From the IMG/VR virus record IMGVR_UViG_3300045988_124978, positions 241 through 64,240 of that record: a stretch of 64,000 bases of DNA; one strand, given 5' to 3'. Below the pieces are notes generated by a model. It saw only the letters and a list, made by a program, of their open reading frames with translations. It was not told the origin of the DNA and did no database searches. Position 1 is the stretch's first letter. Each line of letters opens with the position of its first letter. A program made the translations under genes and the position numbers. This document shows positions 20,701-24,702 of the stretch, one piece after another. Source of the stretch: a virus.

Positions 20701-22604
20701 ATCCTGAAATTCCATACAGAGTTGTGGAAAGTAGAGATCTAAAGCAGCACCAAGTGTTGGTGAAGAGAAATGGTAAGGACTATTTGATTACAATCAATGG
20801 TAATCCGAGGGCTGCACAGGCGTTGAACGGACAGACCAACCCAGACAATGACGTGTCAGGTGCAATAGGTGCAATCATGCGATTAGGTGAGACCGTAAAT
20901 CGTCAGTTGTCGGCATTTTACACCACACGCAACCCAGACTTCGTTGTGTCGAACTTTATTCGAGACATGATTTATGCTAATACAATGGTATGGGTAAAGG
21001 AAAGCCCGAATTATGCTTGGCGTTTCCATAAGAACTTTGCAAAGGTAAACCCAGCCAAGATGAAGATACTTCTTGCCAAGATGCGCAATGGTACTCTTGA
21101 TATGAACGATGAAACGGAGAAGATGTTCCACCTATTCATGATGAATGGTGGTGAGACTGGCTATGCCAACATACGTGACATCGAACAGCGCAAGAATGAC
21201 ATCAAGCGTGAGTTGAAGAAGTATAATGGTAAGATTCCAATTAGAAAGGCTTGGACTTTGTTGGGAGAAAGACTTGACGAATACAATAGAGCAGTAGAGA
21301 ACTGCGCACGCTTTGCTGCCTTTATGACTTCACGGCAGTTGAGACGTACTATTGACCGTAGCGTGTATGACGCTAAGGAGATCAGTGTGAATTTCAACAA
21401 GAAGGGTAGTGGTGCCAAATTCATGGGTGCGAATAGTCAAACTAGGATAGGCAATGTAGCTGCATTCACTTCAGGGCTTGGCCGTAGTTTCTATGTATTC
21501 TGGAATGCTGCAATTCAAGGTACTACGAATTTTGGACGGCAATTTAAACGACATCCGCAGAAAGCCATTGCAGGAGCAGCAGCAATGTTTCTTTTTGGTG
21601 CATTGATGGCGATTATCGGCAGTTGTGATGGTGGTGATGATGATGACGACAAGAATGCTTATTACAATCTGCCCGAATATGTGCGTAGAAGTAACATCGT
21701 ATTCCGTCTTCCTGGTATGGATCAGTCATGGATAAGCATGCCACTACCTGTTGAGTACCGCGCCATGTATGGCATGGGTGAACTTATGGTTAGCGCGATG
21801 ATTGGAAATGAACACTACACTGCTGGTGAACTTGCGCACCAAATGGCAAGTCAAGTAAGTCAAATGTTCCCGATCGACTTTATGGAGGGAGGTGGTAGTT
21901 TTAAGGCTTTCGTTCCGAGTGCGATAAAACCTGTTGCCGAAGTGATTGGCAATGAAAGTTGGACAGGTATGCCGATCTACAAGGACACACCTTTTAATAA
22001 GGATATGCCAGAATGGACAAAGGCATACAAGAGTGCTAATAAGTACTTGGTAGGCTTATCTAAGGTATTGAATGAGGCAACAGGTGGTGATGCTTATACG
22101 AGTGGCATGATTGACATAAATCCTGCACAAGTGGAATACATGTTGAATGGTGTTTTCGGTGGAGTATCATCAACTATTGACAAACTTACGAAGATGGGTG
22201 AAACTATTATTGGCAACCGAGAGTATGATCCTCGCAGTTTCCTCTTGCTGAACAGACTTGTGAAAAACGGTGACGAACGTACAGAATACAGAGCCGTTAA
22301 TAATGAGTATTTCAGAATAAAGGAAGAAAGCGAGAAATTGCGTACGAGGTTGAACCATTATGAGAACGACACAGCAGACGGAGTGTTTGATTATGCGGAA
22401 AAGATAGCGTGGTTGAACAACTCGCCCGAGTATCGCATATTGGAAACGTACGAAGATTATTCGGGAGACATTGACGATATTAACGAGGAGTTGAAAGCCG
22501 CAACCTCTGATGAGGAGCGCAAAGAGCTTGAAGCCGAACTCAACGAGAAGAAGAAAGAACTTGTTGACGCTGTTAACAATATTCGAAATGGTAAGCAACA
22601 ATAG
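2793..22604 (+). CDS. giant polyvalent multidomain protein (6603 aa): ParB-like, PPase-like, N6-adenine MTase + SF2 helicase (DarB-like), HExxH metallopeptidase-like, tandem His-domains, C-terminal TM segment
   Basis: 19,812-nt stop-free ORF, which chance cannot explain; multiple recognisable enzymatic motifs (sub-features below); immediately upstream of putative portal. Confidence 0.85.
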   Translation: MPYDKIDQLYDALKKDGAVSKSREYFRSKMLAPGKEGYQNRLQLYNALKADGAIESPTYEEFGKRLGLHAVNTAPVSKPQPQKPNTDSRVVFINTPQKPAQATPAKPKPTPRKAPAKQKGTPLTQVDKQKMLAFVNNMRNETNASLQRFNNRMDYHRANAGLRVPHVTLGKKNSGIKLGQNSKVVAKKPQFNPQSGKMEQTYITESGNEYTDRNSADLEQNTIDAYKDSMSVSGQLREAYAERDRLDEAMKKRMKEIDERPNQRFNDFMREFAASMTPGAGPVGEQDARMSKYDNDDEYMQLMAAARKNHQTIQLLEDKKNNQMYSFWHSLATTASNGYTFSDGMSEMRDATALQRASKHIDTINKKREEGKTLTKEEQTAEAVLKNFAKDNAMQSMYGGDYGAWARAGGMTANSFDFMKDLMLNPGAGSIAKGVMRGTAKGMAKGIAKLTGKEAANLWKNDVLRRTLKATGVLLGAHTAGAYVSNTTGIGRTSATMGTLASGEVGVDDKGNYKVENAMGLLPAFAEAERQQARENGSEMFGEFIPGVGGVVKKGLEKIGLSKLSGAMTNIGNKEWYKQYSRLLESGGYNGLPGEALEEYEGSLFDALTGHAGDAWDDMTNLQNHVDIWLGCATMGALLGSVPMMMQGHHTAQYYRYKHNTDKADNLASFRMTAERWEPLRDEIDNTDNSKMADVVTGIINNPDLHVEEKKAALNYVRNLTMMRGYNIAQVNNASDEEEERPEVQSVNDSYSKGYETTEPQDMNDTKTLLELKREQVAKEHGIENVDDVDALIGDDPLRYIEEQKQLGNTDKLQSVIDYANAKSAYDGMVQRVQDDIDNRVEESNATVNSRVNRHDGMIHLASLKLKNEDGTDKKVYIVSGNVVMFNDGKGVDREQSDNTIVIRDVETGEMKVIPPDLIRGLDAAVDPEEEKARAREAIIEEMSQTAANNVDGVVSFNEGDTYTLTEENGEQTHVTLVANEQGLVDNGDGTVNVTVDGQNVVPMSMEEIQSGVDATNMARTMQAEKERQANENAPNSDESVQNDGESVEEKPDGVEYGVNDTFTLLNGEDEIIHGEVQGVSDDGVEIRTDEPLNGKRVQIIPAEEFEEMVESINDADGNQVWAREYAEDTEDTNETEETSDNSVTQDNDVAPVTPTADELVRMAREGNELAQHQLEAQGVEWEEPSEHQPTALERVPINEATQEPMFEKADRETALDALNELTGGNEENTSAIINAQVDQATKALETLKKKAPKKKAPALTGSPMEMLKAQKEADDSYNTAIEEYNAQVAAAEENLNAWTRIYSLMGDRKRAAREQLNAERNAMDEQLHAEAVAKLEGNKRIAAEKAAEQAEVGSHAVNPKIKGKWDGATKVEGNPNAITLADGSTIRGHYVLTEAGAATASHDVNNAYEPTEGFPVDENGESVNDRDYKRDTDAQRIVRDMADSYDSRALQTPVIVSKDGVVLSGNNRTMSGEIAAKNGTDKAYVEHLREFGSMFGFTPEQIDGMQHPRVVFVPDEELPYDASTFARFNAEQQKKQSKPEHAVKLGKIVPDNVFASIVGDISRFDRMSDYYADGNAVSSAIGQLLEAGVINEMQLPELRTGNALSAAGKELIENTLIGKVFQASPDAVRQIISTPTLRQSVVMGLNEISNNRTLAKSDYDLSKELAAAVNLVNRAKSESPEIYKEGMPVSPYGRQQGLFDDEYGDSRVTDGVTLILADILNSGKPSDLRKFLSIYNNEAASPASGQLDMFSGGVTSKEELLNRLNEYFRNATPKEQQAIVDASVAERKQRAEAAAQNADGFGRDGEEPTDIQGESNGGVSEAHVGLNDDEANELLSRMEDNTSEIPQMELNPTNWIEQFGENGMVSTPLGKVKMGENQIAKLFEKGRSEQFGMIKPTLEHPHVIVEVPSEASDGNTERASSLLFIKTFNGTNGKKVYYFKSVTVKKDGLEVSVSSHYDRAKRVKEALKKGKLLYRFDGGAQTERHPADVSVTTSPKNTQGNDNMVWKHADDVSDASDVAQGLYSSQGNVSDLATEGTDAPQTSMSNNIWSASEVQNDNSVVVSDGLQSEPITENSSSSNGVPSKNEVHSVPALGEGTNTDTSEVNSGHSEGVTAPAGNSSKTSFGKVINKQLSLQENGEKSSENEGEAPLSAQIEAASAKVNTEPTEAQKKAGNYKKGHVQVGTFDITIEQPQGSVRKGTDANGKQWESKMNNTYGYIRGAVGVDGDHIDVFLSNDIDGWNGRKVFVVDQYNPDGSFDEHKVMLGFNDADEAKGDYLANYGKGWEKGRRIDVSAVNLEDFEKWIASSKRKTKPFAEYVVVKKDTVGKSGNISDEEIENAAFALGLHGENQTLMRLELDNTPERARQILDRAKKWNEKNAASPTTLSKDETTYTITPSTYTNKKGKTSNVSLLTFDHDLTADQERAVKEFAKEKLSEGRFAKSRGWKDRESGGWMFRSEEDARKVAEMVGNEEAVADNQPLTAQELRDAVEPKKPTASKKPANRVELADVAEQKPSEPTKAEQPKQDREKKLVITDEMKHDEDILRELLGIDDDELDGGMKFRDPDAMTSQQRRFVYNAGVNYSLGYIDQGFVKFPEFAKAMVNRLGYKIKPWLKSFYEGVKRIPGYDQSIFTPTEEVDAFDVENFDKPTKDVMAQANMIVEEGKAQVAAEKANNELKEIRNEQRKETEKQTAANTDAVAAEAKSVASEATALAETSSDEQALTGAAERVDETLDKVNEQLALLGYYEADEVEKDYNEAYGYMRNAEKKAVKDAANLASQLISDLNLNHYEASHSKQTDKKGNRKKKPLAVSNISPIGGDVSIHLPLEEGRELYLTIGVEPRAAKGVDGFGGSDLEVTHIMFRVDHPEGTGNDRYGRNVFVDSNVTYSDLLKQVQRETYKYLIGSGVTNEGEYAAGDEVQYSTDGGRTWTDAVVVQPNDEGGIRIDTGLAPVMWVNAHPDQLRHKPSESAEPKHEAVGDFYEDGINENAVAALPEDTAIQLHVVDILNPGMTDHSMKSKIESLNTLLPMISDKKLSELDKEYGDDKDMGTHIKAEVARRAKDGGVQPTSSEKPADKPKPASKKKATKKVKPEQPVGDLFAGLFDNTSDNGLQGNDEAVRTETVPADNSGQQQGLRESQGSPRKTAAQEGGRPDGGRGGQSTGKDRAVSAGLHGLTQPKNTHNNHSERGADHAPTSVNGRIEANIKAIELAHELLESGETATPEQMSVLRQFSGWGGLGAAFSDGGYDWKQRERNKKIRELLGEEAYEQAVMSANSAYYTPAYVVDTLWDIANQLGFKGGNILEGSAGIGNILGQMPTMVSERSNIHAIEIDGTSGGILSLLYPDAKVEIQGFEQTRIPNGSVDLAITNVPFVTGLRVNDTTGDSDLSKKFHNIHDFCIAKNVRKLREGGLGIFISSNGTLDNSKALRDWVVNEGGSDFIGAFRMNNKTFGGTTVTSDIIVIRKRVNGQKSAQAIDVSTISGERTAEYEEPGARKAKQLSMDYNKYFIEHPDHMAGEMRFAFEKGDTFRPTSKGLYPVSGKDQGKMLADFVKSFTEEDNSQMTATDHHDVSLVLDASADGKKLGEMYMKDGKIVLASFGGYYPLEVNDKKIKGHTKQECFTAYAAIKTALADVMKYQTENEDNEGLKPLIAKLNKAYDSFVSTYGHFTKNNQLAWLRNDVDYPNVFSLETYKEQGDGKGGVVKTYDKADVMKGRVVEKEIEPHPENVKDGVVVSMFKNGRIDVPYIANQLGKSEAEVKREIIDSGLGFEDPTTRQMEVSYQYLSGNVREKLKQAEANNENGEYSKNIKALQDVVPMNIPAHLIDFTLGSSWLDPKLYDEYVKERTDIDVHFTAAGGTWFMKAPTYGVNVEKNRAMGIVSEMLKKTIMGHELIEAAIQNKSITISRTEKHYDGTTETITDREAMAACAAKIDEIRQDFKDWARGKMQRNADLSARIEQEYNDRFNNYVPMSIPEDFVPEYFGGATHKFKMRPHQGKAIVRGTMQPLMLAHEVGTGKTFTLISTAMEMRRLGTARKPMIVVQNATVGQFAASAKELYPNAKVLVLDDNDRDAEGRKNFYAKIKYNDWDMVIIPQSTLDKIPDSDERQMQFVQDKIDEKMRVLEQMREADTNGKDPITRRAEKELADLQVEMAELSEEISKKRTANNEKKKAVAKQNAAVKAQEMLERSTDDVENFDDMGIDALLIDEAHEYKHLGFATAMQRGVKGVDPSYSKKSQGVYLKTQAILEKNNGRNVIFATGTPISNTAAEIWTFMRYLMPKDTMKEYGIYYFDDFVRNFGNIQQMPEFKTNGKFKEVNRFAGYVNLPELVRIWSSVSDTALTKDQTELVEKIPEMEGGKAQDIYLPQTRALRSVMKYVRKQLDDFEQMSGKEKKENSSIPLTMYGIAQRAAVDARLVQVDAEDDPRSKTNEAVRQTLRSLKETNDYKGTVAIFADSYENKHSGFNLYEDIKKKLVSQGVPESEIVVMKSGMKIKQKLDIFDKVNRGEVRVILGSTATLGTGVNIQERLHTLIHLDAPNRPMDYTQRNGRILRQGNLHKQWNKPVRVLRFGVEDSLDVTAYQRLKTKGAIADSVMEGDRLMQDSMNNRVLEEEEDVFGDTVAQLSGSEYALLKNNAEKNVRKYESRRKQWEADQVYIHYAKPRIEGQIEAAEQRAEEANAHLHAVQKAFPGGKFTEITVGKLKFASVDGMADFIKEHNKKILDVVKEMKKTPVTKTQTQTLTLSLGGYDFVVKTEMSRETVNNGGSLFAEIHRKMSYSCPELGLNDVPVKQSLLRNAIEDITENVITGKDFAERVDVATRMIQHDKSELEQVKQREGKPFEFEKELEEAKRQFEEYSEAMKVEMAEKEKKYAEMDASVEAATDVVADDEDEADDGNSKHRMLEDDTPNVMENDSNAMVDRVTELSERLHTPVRIIRTEEEVAALPSARQRRMKGSFNPLTGEVTIVVPNNANMADIENTFVHEVVGHDGLRVLFPDEAKLNNALDELYRVSNEGIQQTIDRMAQKMYDAEVDRIREKKRKEHEAKGEDTNASYYADMAEAHAEASKKREQFKRDATEEYGADLAGRIGEKGFEQMSAEELTFWGKLKAMLQKALQKLLDGLKIPGRRKWGDKDWAFVLHEAYKRKKNGGKPTVFDAADTEVMRRKTGFGDVMFSENRRSGGSRYIEDMKQKVEELFEKARTGEFVGKPASIGRLSADGKVYLEQLSGLHFKEYVDFVLNPSDLNHIRADHYGQNEKDKGNNIPLTDEDIQNMVDVLNQPDGILYGIDKNDGRKLFFFLRDAGNGLYNLTEVCSTKKGNLTAKSFFKSKKKGIDQRVMEIRQSLLPTSVTYSGESLSSDAKIPPLFDINEVSDENVSDEGIMFSDGKNKTGEPKPIGHSTFGSVYNQFKGKVLQAVKFLLNHESGDLLGVFHRNDVGDIDMVWGDEGGGFCHILNKHINDKDFPTVKDLVSRIEDIINKGEVDERHSNADKLVLVKDGYLVTIRRNVREKGIKIADKNWVLTAYNKDAPATTKAPVDGTYGSTAVAPGTSSDAKLATKSEINEFSDNNVTDDGIMFRDGDSEEYDKAMARDIYEQRVRRGMFQTQEAVQDSMLGLKEAMDAILKAEDEDVYIEDVAGYENAYLGENRLSSVNQAECSAFAQTLFKPLLEEVAKLAKTADERAELTDYMMAKHGLERNQVMARRAAEKDARSEFSAELLAAQQAVDNDPLDQDAIDALDDVTQRMQDREDELYLKNRERDFAGLTALTGMNNVLDAEAEAQQMVSDYESNHWVPVLWNNVKAVTKATLQKTYESGLINKATYDDISGMYETYIPLRGFDDQTSDEVYAYLADKHSAFNAPIKTAKGRKSKADDPFANMEAMAESAIMQGNRNVLVKQKFLNFALNHPSDLVSVSDLWLYHDDVLDEWQPINTGGFVGTEAIEEDDSPAEVERKMRDFEEAMENAAKVDPDHFKKQKDHPEIPYRVVESRDLKQHQVLVKRNGKDYLITINGNPRAAQALNGQTNPDNDVSGAIGAIMRLGETVNRQLSAFYTTRNPDFVVSNFIRDMIYANTMVWVKESPNYAWRFHKNFAKVNPAKMKILLAKMRNGTLDMNDETEKMFHLFMMNGGETGYANIRDIEQRKNDIKRELKKYNGKIPIRKAWTLLGERLDEYNRAVENCARFAAFMTSRQLRRTIDRSVYDAKEISVNFNKKGSGAKFMGANSQTRIGNVAAFTSGLGRSFYVFWNAAIQGTTNFGRQFKRHPQKAIAGAAAMFLFGALMAIIGSCDGGDDDDDKNAYYNLPEYVRRSNIVFRLPGMDQSWISMPLPVEYRAMYGMGELMVSAMIGNEHYTAGELAHQMASQVSQMFPIDFMEGGGSFKAFVPSAIKPVAEVIGNESWTGMPIYKDTPFNKDMPEWTKAYKSANKYLVGLSKVLNEATGGDAYTSGMIDINPAQVEYMLNGVFGGVSSTIDKLTKMGETIIGNREYDPRSFLLLNRLVKNGDERTEYRAVNNEYFRIKEESEKLRTRLNHYENDTADGVFDYAEKIAWLNNSPEYRILETYEDYSGDIDDINEELKAATSDEERKELEAELNEKKKELVDAVNNIRNGKQQ
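6960..7350 (+). other. ParB/sulfiredoxin-like nuclease domain within giant protein
   Basis: motif VIVSKDGVVLSGNNRTMSGEIAAKNG (nt 7155-7232) resembling the ParB DGxxLxxGxHR box; in frame. Confidence 0.5.
9300..9720 (+). other. inorganic pyrophosphatase (family I)-like domain within giant protein
   Basis: NTYGYIRGAVGVDGDHIDVFL...DEHKVMLGF compared with PPase signature NYGFIPQT..DGDPLDVLV...DEKI(I/V)AV. Confidence 0.45.
12380..13190 (+). other. gamma-class N6-adenine DNA methyltransferase domain within giant protein
   Basis: SAM motif ILEGSAGIGN (12693-12722) and catalytic DLAITNVPF (NPPY/F-type motif IV, 12894-12905). Confidence 0.65.
14700..16600 (+). other. superfamily-2 (SNF2/DEAH-like) helicase domain within giant protein; with upstream MTase this forms a P1 DarB-like module
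   Basis: Walker A GTGKT (14823-14837), DEAH box LLIDEAHE (15391-15414), motif VI QRNGRILRQGN (16410-16439). Confidence 0.7.
17600..17800 (+). other. zincin-like HExxH motif region (putative metallopeptidase) within giant protein
   Basis: TFVHEVVGHDG at 17712-17744. Confidence 0.4.
18440..19515 (+). other. tandem repeat of [~100-aa His-containing domain + ~33-aa linker] within giant protein; possible nuclease/toxin-type domains
   Basis: domain A HIRADHYGQNE...LFFFLRDAGNGLYNLTEV, domain B FCHILNKHIN...LVLVKDGYLVTIRRNV; linkers ESLSSDAKIPPLFDINEVSDENVSDEGIMFSDG and GTSSDAKLATKSEINEFSDNNVTDDGIMFRDG. Confidence 0.5.
21565..21660 (+). other. predicted transmembrane helix followed by DGGDDDDD acidic run near C-terminus of giant protein
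   Basis: AIAGAAAMFLFGALMAIIGSCDGGDDDDDKN. Confidence 0.5.
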
Positions 22605-22616
22605 TTAAACAACAAA

Positions 22617-22680
22617 GGATGGTGCAAGGAATTACCTTTGCATTCGCGAAGGTAGGGAACCTTTGCACCATCCCAATTTT
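22617..22680 (+). terminator. hairpin (13-bp stem) after giant ORF stop, followed by T-rich tract
   Basis: GGATGGTGCAAGG (22617-22629) pairs with CCTTTGCACCATCC (22660-22673); AATTTTAAAAAAA follows. Confidence 0.5.
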
Positions 22681-22686
22681 AAAAAA

Positions 22687-24645
22687 ATGGCAAGAAGAAA
22701 ATTACATAAAATGAGTGCTGTCATGCCTCATGAAGGTTTGGACAGCGTAAAGGCATCCAAAAGCATGCTTGGCGAAAACCGAGCATTTGAGGTGTTATGG
22801 CAGGCGCAGCAGTTTTGGCTTGCTATGGACACTTTTCGCAGAGACCGCGAACGAAATAAGAACTATGCCTACGGACGGCAGTGGGATGATATTGTTTGCG
22901 TGAATGGTAAGATGATGCGCGAAGAACAACTCATTAGAGAGCAAGGAAATGTTCCATTAAAGAACAACCTTATTAGACGTTTGATTCAATCCGTTCTTGG
23001 TATCTACCGCAGTCAATCCAAAGAACCGACCTGTACGGCACGAGATCGTGACGAACAGCGTTATGGCGAGACAATGAGTACCGTGCTTCAATGCAACATG
23101 CAACTAAATCGCATGACAGAGATAAACGCGCGATGTATGGAGGAGTTCCTTATATCGGGATTTGTTGTGCAGCGTAAGTGGTATGGTTGGCGTGAAAATA
23201 AACTTGATTGTTGGACTGACTATGTACAACCTAATAATTTCTTCATTGATAACAACATGAAAGACTTTAGAGGTTGGGATTGTAGTTGTGTGGGTGAGAT
23301 TCATGATATATCGTTTGAGGAACTGTGCGGAAGATTTGCCAAGGATGGGAAAGATTATAACCGTTTGGCAGAGATATACAAGTTTGCAAGAGATAAATCG
23401 TATCTAACTGCTACGTTTGACAATTTTGGTTATCCGTTACAAGGTAATTACGATTTTTTCGTGCCACGTGACACAACTCGTTGTCGTGTTATTGAAGTAT
23501 GGAGGAAGGAAAGTAAACCACGTGTACGTTGCCATGATGTAAATAATGGTGATATGTTCAAAGTGGAGATTGAGGATTTTCAGGAACTTGTAGTTAACGA
23601 GAACAACAAGCGTTTGCAAGAAGCTCGTGAACTTGGTATGGACGAGCAAGATATACCTCTTATTCGCTATGAATGGTGTATTGATTCATATTGGTACTAT
23701 TATATGCTCACTCCGTTTGGTGACATCCTGGAAGAAGGCGAAACCCCATACGAGCACAAGAGCCATCCGTATGTGTTCAAAGCATATCCGTTCATCGATG
23801 GTGAGATACATAGCTTTGTCAGCAATGTAATAGACCAGCAGCGATACACAAACCGTTTGATTACGATGTACGACTGGATTATGCGAGCTTCGGCAAAAGG
23901 TGTGCTGTTGTTCCCTGAAGACTGTCGTCCCGATGGAATGTCAATGGATGATATTGCCGATGAATGGGCACGCTTCAATGGCATCATCATGATTAAGACG
24001 CCCAAGGCTGGAACACCACTACCACAGCAAATTGCCAACAACTGCACTCAGATAGGTATTTCAGAGTTGCTGAATATGCAGCTAAAATTCTTTGAAGATA
24101 TATCGGGTGTAAATGGTGCATTGCAAGGAAAGCCCGGTTATTCAGGTATGTCAGCAAGTCTCTACAACCAACAGGCGCAGAACGCCTCAACATCTCTGCT
24201 TGACTTGCTCGATACGTTCTCTTCATTCGTAAGGGAAGGCGCGTTAAAGGACGTGAAGAATATTCAGCAATTCTATGATACCCCACGTGTATTCAATATA
24301 GCAGGTAAAAACTCCACCATTATAGAGTATGACCCGAAGAAGATACGTGATGTAGAGTTTGACTTGTCTATTGTCGAAAGTACCTCTACACCTTCTTATC
24401 GTGCTATAACGAATGATATACTTATGCAGTTGTTTGATAGGAATGCTATTAGCGTCGAGCAATTATTGGAGCATGGAGATTTCCCATTTGCAGATGATTT
24501 GCTTCAAAGTATCAAGTCACAACGAGAGCAGTTGGAACAAGGTAATGTTCCAGATGGTATTTCTCCTCAACTCGCTCAACAAGCGCAACAGAGTGCTAAT
24601 ATTAATGCTGCAAACCAAGCGCAACAGATGTTACAATCTGCGTAA
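22687..24645 (+). CDS. putative portal protein
   Basis: about 650 aa, adjacent and divergent to large terminase; ORF track begins at TTG 22663 inside the hairpin, first ATG with purine-rich leader is 22687. Confidence 0.45.
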   Translation: MARRKLHKMSAVMPHEGLDSVKASKSMLGENRAFEVLWQAQQFWLAMDTFRRDRERNKNYAYGRQWDDIVCVNGKMMREEQLIREQGNVPLKNNLIRRLIQSVLGIYRSQSKEPTCTARDRDEQRYGETMSTVLQCNMQLNRMTEINARCMEEFLISGFVVQRKWYGWRENKLDCWTDYVQPNNFFIDNNMKDFRGWDCSCVGEIHDISFEELCGRFAKDGKDYNRLAEIYKFARDKSYLTATFDNFGYPLQGNYDFFVPRDTTRCRVIEVWRKESKPRVRCHDVNNGDMFKVEIEDFQELVVNENNKRLQEARELGMDEQDIPLIRYEWCIDSYWYYYMLTPFGDILEEGETPYEHKSHPYVFKAYPFIDGEIHSFVSNVIDQQRYTNRLITMYDWIMRASAKGVLLFPEDCRPDGMSMDDIADEWARFNGIIMIKTPKAGTPLPQQIANNCTQIGISELLNMQLKFFEDISGVNGALQGKPGYSGMSASLYNQQAQNASTSLLDLLDTFSSFVREGALKDVKNIQQFYDTPRVFNIAGKNSTIIEYDPKKIRDVEFDLSIVESTSTPSYRAITNDILMQLFDRNAISVEQLLEHGDFPFADDLLQSIKSQREQLEQGNVPDGISPQLAQQAQQSANINAANQAQQMLQSA

Positions 24646-24702
24646 ACAAAATCCCCACTGGCGTATTGTCAGTGGGGGTTTTGCATTTGTAGGGTAGGGG
24701 AG

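Noticed and set aside
3375-22601. Numerous 60-250-aa ORFs on the minus strand and in alternate frames inside the giant gene (e.g. 3375..3722, 4164..4910, 8030..8596, 15101..15601)
   Set aside because: All are nested antisense or out-of-frame within a 19.8-kb conserved-looking coding frame and have low-complexity composition; judged to be shadow ORFs.
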